Shown: positions 59,118-64,000 of the stretch, one piece after another
How the letters are laid out: every line of letters starts with the position of its first letter
Numbering within the stretch: position 1 is the stretch's first letter
Source of the DNA: an uncultured Clostridia bacterium
GTDB taxonomy: Bacteria > Bacillota > Clostridia > Christensenellales > UBA1242
Assembly: GCA_944383245.1 (NCBI GenBank)
Contig: CALWOU010000004.1
Coordinates: 888-64,887, forward strand
Reading direction: 5' to 3'
DNA: 64,000 nucleotides
Position numbers and translations under genes: made by a program
Notes under the pieces: model-generated
Seen by the model: the letters and a program-made list of their open reading frames with translations, nothing else
What the model was told of the DNA's origin: nothing
Databases searched by the model: none

Positions 59118-60629
59118 ATGCAAGAAAATAGCGCAGGTTTAAAAATTACATATGCAAAAAATTTAGATAAATATAATTTTAATTTGCCAATAACTGTTCC
59201 CGTTGATAATAACATACACATTAAAAAAATCTTAGATATAGAAAGTTATGTTTTTGATGATAGATTAGAATGCGGAAATAGTAAAGCGGTATACGCGGGA
59301 AAGGTTGGTATAAAGGTTTTGTATCTAGATCAAGATAACGTGGCAGGCACCCTCACTTGCGACCAATCATTTAGCGAAACAATTGTGGATTCATCTATCA
59401 CGTCGGATTGTTATATTTGCAATGTTAACACAAGCATTCAAAACAATCTAATTTCGTTTGATAGCAACATAAAACTAAGTTTAGAGATAACGCTTAGTAA
59501 TGTTCTTTATTTAAATATGCCAATGAACGCAAACACCAACCAATTTGAAAATATGATTGTTAAAAAAAGTGAAATAAACACCTACACTATTCACGACTAT
59601 ATCAACACATCGTTTGAATACACAACAAATTTAGAGTGCAAAGAAAATCTATCTAAAATTTTATCATACAATGCGTATTTTACGCCAACAAACGTGACTG
59701 CAGAAAACGGTTATGCAGTGATTGAAGGGAAAATTTATTCCACCCTTATATATGAATGTATGAAAGACGAAGATAGTGAAATTTTAGAACTTACAGACTT
59801 CCAAAACATAAAGCAAGAATTAAATCTTGAAAAATTGGAAAAAGATTGTGTTTTGGATTTAAATTTTAGTTTAGATAAGTCTAAAGAGGTTATATCCTCC
59901 GAGGTTGAGGACGGAACTAATGAAATAACCATTTCTCACACTATTAAAGTTAGCGGTGTTAGTTTAAATTCAATTTCAATTGATGTGATTGACGATATTT
60001 ATAGTGTGGATAATGACGTTGATATAACCTTAAACACGCGCGAATATAATAAAAGTGTGCAATGCAATAGTTTTTCAGATGATATTTCTAGCGAAGTAAA
60101 ATTAGAATCAAACGAGCCTGCAATTGATGAAATTATTTGCAACACAAACATTTGTGCAGAGATAACTAATCAATATATTAAAGATGAAAATGTGTATTTT
60201 GAAGGAATTGTAACCTCAGATTTAATCTACATTGATGAAAACAAAGAGCGCTCATCTAAAACTATTGAAGTGCCTTTTGTTATCAACTCAAAAATAAAAA
60301 TGGATAAAATCGACTCATCTCATCATTCAATTTCAATCACGGACTGCAAAGTTCGTGCAAAGCGCGGAACAATTATTGATGTTCAATACTCATTATCTAT
60401 CAATTTTTGTGCCTACATTATAGACTCAAAACCTATGGTGGACAATATAACAATAGGAAAACCAATCGAATATGGTGATATTGATTATCAAATCTTCCTT
60501 GCAAAACCAAACGAAAGTGTTTGGGAGTTATGCAAACGCATCCATATCCACCCAGACGACCTCCCAAAATACAATAAAGACTTGCCTCTCATTATGAATG
60601 GTGGCGAAAAAGTGATTATAAAAAGATAA
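59118..60629 (+). CDS. SPOCS (DUF3794)-domain spore coat protein with degenerate C-terminal LysM (SipL-like)
   Basis: Three KILS...G.I...LY SPOCS-like repeats; C-terminal AKPNESVWELCKR...KVIIKR; divergent from spo0A. Confidence 0.75.
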   Translation: MQENSAGLKITYAKNLDKYNFNLPITVPVDNNIHIKKILDIESYVFDDRLECGNSKAVYAGKVGIKVLYLDQDNVAGTLTCDQSFSETIVDSSITSDCYICNVNTSIQNNLISFDSNIKLSLEITLSNVLYLNMPMNANTNQFENMIVKKSEINTYTIHDYINTSFEYTTNLECKENLSKILSYNAYFTPTNVTAENGYAVIEGKIYSTLIYECMKDEDSEILELTDFQNIKQELNLEKLEKDCVLDLNFSLDKSKEVISSEVEDGTNEITISHTIKVSGVSLNSISIDVIDDIYSVDNDVDITLNTREYNKSVQCNSFSDDISSEVKLESNEPAIDEIICNTNICAEITNQYIKDENVYFEGIVTSDLIYIDENKERSSKTIEVPFVINSKIKMDKIDSSHHSISITDCKVRAKRGTIIDVQYSLSINFCAYIIDSKPMVDNITIGKPIEYGDIDYQIFLAKPNESVWELCKRIHIHPDDLPKYNKDLPLIMNGGEKVIIKR

Positions 60630-60783
60630 CTAATTTTAAATTTAGATTTATATCCTTTTATAAACACAATGTGATTTTATAAGCACAAAATAATTTTATA
60701 AAATATTTTAAATTCTCGAACTCAACACAAAAATAAACTTTAAACTAAAAAATTAAACTAACAATTAAGTTGTTAGTAGCCCT

Positions 60784-60811
60784 AAAAAACCTATCAATAA
60801 GATAGGTTTTT
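60784..60811. terminator. Bidirectional terminator
   Basis: AAAAAACCTATC/GATAGGTTTTT between convergent genes. Confidence 0.75.
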
Positions 60812-61832
60812 ATTTCATTTCTAATGCTTCGGTTATTTTTTCACTTATGTATTTACCAGCGATTTCAAGAGGAATTCGTCCGTTTACAATATCGTTTACC
60901 GCCTCACAAATTGGCATTTTTAATTGTTGTTGTTCGCTTGCGCGCGCGTTGAATTGATTTTTCTTTAAAATAAGTGCATCGCTAGTTTTAATTCCTTCAA
61001 CCGTGCAAGGAATAACATATTCTCTAATCTTATCGCTATCGAGTGAAAATTCTTTAACAATCTCTCTACCATAAGTTAAGTTTTTGCTGTTATGGTCAAA
61101 AAGAGTGGCTTGGAAATCGCCCAAAAAAGCAAGCCCAGACGCGCTATCCTTATCTCCACCAAGCGCATCAATAAACATTCCCAATTCTTTCACGCTTGCA
61201 GGCATAAGTGGACCTTTTTTCTGCTCCATATTAGACCCTTCCAAAATTCCCGCAGCGATACCAATAACGTTTTTTGCAGCAGCGCCATACTCTGTGCCAA
61301 TAATGTCGTTAGAATAGGTTACGTCTATCACTTTTTCACGCGTTAATACTTTTGTAAGCCTTTTTGCGTACTGCTCACGATATGCAGAGATTATCATATT
61401 CGTTGGTTGACCTGCAAAAATCGATTGCACGTGACCAGGGCCAACCCAAACTGCAATATTATCTTTTTTAACGCCGTTATCAAGCAAAATTTCACTTAAC
61501 CTTCTACCGGTTGAGGCTTCCACACCCTTCATAGCAACAATATAGTGTTTATTTTCATAACCTTTTATTTTTTTAACATTGCTCATAAGGTTATCAAGTG
61601 CTTGGCTAAGTATGGAAATAATTATAATATTGCTATGCTTCACTGCACGTTCTAGGTCGTGCGTGAAATTCACGTTTTCAGACAAAGTAACATACTTATT
61701 TTTGCGCGTTAAAAACAGCGGATTTTCCTTTTCCTCAGTTCTCTCCCACATTAACACGTCATAATTTAGTTTATCCATACAAAAGGCAATGTTACTTGCC
61801 CACCTACCAGCACCTAAAATACTAATCTTCAT
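60810..61832 (-). CDS. gpsA: NAD(P)H-dependent glycerol-3-phosphate dehydrogenase
   Basis: ILGAGRWAS, AMKGVE, GPGH, GAAAKNVIGIAAG, FLGDF, VEGIKT. Confidence 0.88.
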   Translation of the reverse strand: MKISILGAGRWASNIAFCMDKLNYDVLMWERTEEKENPLFLTRKNKYVTLSENVNFTHDLERAVKHSNIIIISILSQALDNLMSNVKKIKGYENKHYIVAMKGVEASTGRRLSEILLDNGVKKDNIAVWVGPGHVQSIFAGQPTNMIISAYREQYAKRLTKVLTREKVIDVTYSNDIIGTEYGAAAKNVIGIAAGILEGSNMEQKKGPLMPASVKELGMFIDALGGDKDSASGLAFLGDFQATLFDHNSKNLTYGREIVKEFSLDSDKIREYVIPCTVEGIKTSDALILKKNQFNARASEQQQLKMPICEAVNDIVNGRIPLEIAGKYISEKITEALEMK

Positions 61833-63363
61833 CTTTATCGTCCTTTTTATCGTCTTTATCCAATGGTTTAGTTAAAGGGAATAAAATCGTGTCACGAATG
61901 TTTGGAAGGTCAAATATCATCATAATAAACCTATCAATACCAAACCCAAGACCAGACATTGGTGGCATACCGTGCTCCATAGCAAGCAAGAAATCTTCGT
62001 CAACGTCCATAGTTTCGTCGTCACCAAGCGCTTTATCTTTTAATTGACTAACAAGCGCCTCTCTTTGCTCGATTGGGTTAACCAACTCGCTATACGCATT
62101 TAAAATTTCCGCACCATTAACAACAACTTGGAATACGTCTGTTATTCTATCGTCCTTATCATTGCGCCTTGCAAGCGTTTTTAAGAATGCTGGATAGTTA
62201 TATAAAATTGTAGGGCCTACAATGTTTGCACGAATGAATTTTTTATAAACAAAGTCTATAATTGCCCTAACTGATTTATAATCTTCAAGTTCAGCGCGTG
62301 TTAGTAATTTCTTTTCAACAATTTTATCAAGTAATTCACTTGCATCCTTAATAGATAAAAAGTCAAAACCTAAAACTTCACGCATTTTTTCAACGTAGTT
62401 TATTCTCTCCCAATTATCCGCACCAAAATCAATAACGCTACCTGCAACCGTTATCTTTGTTGTGCCAATCACGTACAACATAAGTTCTTTAATAAATTGT
62501 TTGAAAAACTTAATGTTGTCCTCAAAATCCCAGTATGATGCGTACCATTCAACTTGCGTAAATTCTTGCAAGTGTGTTGGGTCCATTCCTTCGTTTCTGA
62601 AATCTTTTCCTAGTTCAAAAACTTTGTCAAACCCAGCAGCATTCACCATTTTAAGCCAGGTCTCAGTTGCAATTCTAAGGTTACAATCAAGGTTTAATGC
62701 GTTGTGGTGAGTAAAGAATGGTTTTGCACTTGCACCACTAACATTTACTTGCAAAATAGGTGTTTCCACTTCAATAAAACCATGGTCTTCAAGGTAACGC
62801 CTAACAAACGAAACCGCGCGCGAACGTGCAATAAAAACATTGCGTGATTTTTCGTTTGAAATAATGTCTAGATAACGTTGGCGGTAACGTGAATCTGTGT
62901 CCACAAGTCCGTGGAATTTTTCAGGCAGTCCTCGAAGTGCTTTAGATAGTAATTCAAAGGTTTCAACTTGCACAGTCAACTCGCCTGTTTGAGTTCTAAC
63001 TAATTCACCTGTTGCACCAATAAAGTCACCAATATCACAAAAATCTTTGAAGTATTTTAGCCTATCTTCTCCAACCACACTCATAGATAAACTAATCTGC
63101 ACACTTGTTCTAATTGGAGCATTAAAATCAATTTCAAAATTATCACCAATAGCATAAAGGCGCGCAAAAATTAATTTACCAAAAGTGCGTTTAAAAATCA
63201 TACGCCCTGCAATACTTACGCGCGTTCCTAACTCATATTTTTCAAGGTCGTGAATTTCGTGAGTTTTGTTAAATTTTGCCTTATATGCCTTTTCGCCCGA
63301 CTCTTCCAATCTCTTAATCTTATCAACCTTAATTTCAAACTCGCTTTGTGGTTCGTTTTCCAT
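61822..63363 (-). CDS. lysS: Lysyl-tRNA synthetase, class II
   Basis: RYRQRYLD, EVETPIL, GASAKPF.TH, LRIATE, FRNEG, NAYSEL, HGMPP..GLGFGIDR. Confidence 0.96.
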   Translation of the reverse strand: MENEPQSEFEIKVDKIKRLEESGEKAYKAKFNKTHEIHDLEKYELGTRVSIAGRMIFKRTFGKLIFARLYAIGDNFEIDFNAPIRTSVQISLSMSVVGEDRLKYFKDFCDIGDFIGATGELVRTQTGELTVQVETFELLSKALRGLPEKFHGLVDTDSRYRQRYLDIISNEKSRNVFIARSRAVSFVRRYLEDHGFIEVETPILQVNVSGASAKPFFTHHNALNLDCNLRIATETWLKMVNAAGFDKVFELGKDFRNEGMDPTHLQEFTQVEWYASYWDFEDNIKFFKQFIKELMLYVIGTTKITVAGSVIDFGADNWERINYVEKMREVLGFDFLSIKDASELLDKIVEKKLLTRAELEDYKSVRAIIDFVYKKFIRANIVGPTILYNYPAFLKTLARRNDKDDRITDVFQVVVNGAEILNAYSELVNPIEQREALVSQLKDKALGDDETMDVDEDFLLAMEHGMPPMSGLGFGIDRFIMMIFDLPNIRDTILFPLTKPLDKDDKKDDKDED

Positions 63364-63593
63364 ACTTTCTCCTTAAAACAAAAATAACTATTGATTTATC
63401 AATTATAACAATTAAATAATAAGTTGTCAAACTTTTAGTATTGATATAGTTACGATTTTAACAATAGAAAAATAAAATCTTAACAGTTTAGATTGCAACA
63501 AAAATTTTAAAAATAAAATACTTAATAATTTCTACATACACTAATAAATCTAAAATAAAACTATAATAAAAAATAGGGGCTAACCCCTACTTC

Positions 63594-63818
63594 TTATAAA
63601 GTTTCTGTTGCTTGCGCTTGCGATTTAAAGTAATCTAACCAATTCAAACGACTTTTTACTTTGCTTGCGTCAACTTCGCAACCACATTCTTGCACTAAGA
63701 ATATAACTTCGTCTGAATCAAGTTTTCTACCATTGGTGAATTTTTCAAACTCTCTCTTCTTGGCTTGATATTCTTTAGGATTCTTAAGAAAGTGTTGTTT
63801 TATTTCTTTTTTAGTCAT
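63594..63818 (-). CDS. Small hypothetical protein
   Basis: AAGGAG RBS before ATG 63818; 74 aa. Confidence 0.6.
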   Translation of the reverse strand: MTKKEIKQHFLKNPKEYQAKKREFEKFTNGRKLDSDEVIFLVQECGCEVDASKVKSRLNWLDYFKSQAQATETL

Positions 63819-63975
63819 ATCTCTCTCCTTTATTATATAATAATACAAATTTTGAATTTGTCAACCCCTAAATTAAAAATACTTTACGAAATTTTTGCCT
63901 TATTTTAAGTGTTACTAAAAGAATTTACATATTTTTGTTTTTTATTAAATTTTTTATTCCTTTATATGGTGGTAA

Positions 63976-64000
63976 TATAAACTATGTAATGTTAAAATTT
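63976..64000 (+). repeat. Second copy (cut by window edge) of the element at 338-470
   Basis: TATAAACTATGTAATGTTAAAATTT identical to 387-411. Confidence 0.7.

Noticed and set aside
2066-62710. Numerous opposite-strand or alternative-frame ORFs in the track (e.g. 2066-2416, 47992-48441, 35378-35797, 13433-13933)
   Set aside because: Shadows of well-supported genes, no RBS, atypical composition

Overview
Low-GC chromosomal segment from a spore-forming Firmicute, probably Clostridia-like (spo0A, sleB-ypeB, spoIIR, veg, SPOCS coat protein; taxonomy inferred from gene content only). The left 13 kb is a ~12.3-kb integrative element (755-13030) inserted at the 3' end of an unusual tRNA-Leu(AAG). 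It carries a large serine recombinase whose own 3' end contains the att site, a sigma-like regulator, and a defence operon: hsdR-hsdM-hsdS, an ImmA/IrrE metallopeptidase, and an HNH + ParB/DGQH nuclease broken by one TAA. The best candidate for an undescribed system is the HsdS, which has an extra 55-aa tail containing an ALRG motif like the IrrE cleavage site in DdrO and overlaps the IrrE-family protease gene, with no XRE repressor in the element. This suggests a protease-switched type I R-M system. Downstream, two further att-like relics with the same geometry as attR (14021, 15704) bracket small cargo blocks, suggesting tandem cassette accretion at this tRNA. The rest is housekeeping, sporulation and accessory genes: an 8.3-kb surface-protein gene, a degenerate diadenylate-cyclase-like gene, an [FeFe] hydrogenase, hisS, tRNA-fMet, ADP-ribosylglycohydrolase, cca, an rpmH-rnpA-yidD-yidC-jag operon with no adjacent dnaA, a Zn-finger/acidic protein, spo0A, gpsA and lysS. 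I found no rRNA or CRISPR array. All family assignments come from motif recognition by eye, not database searches.
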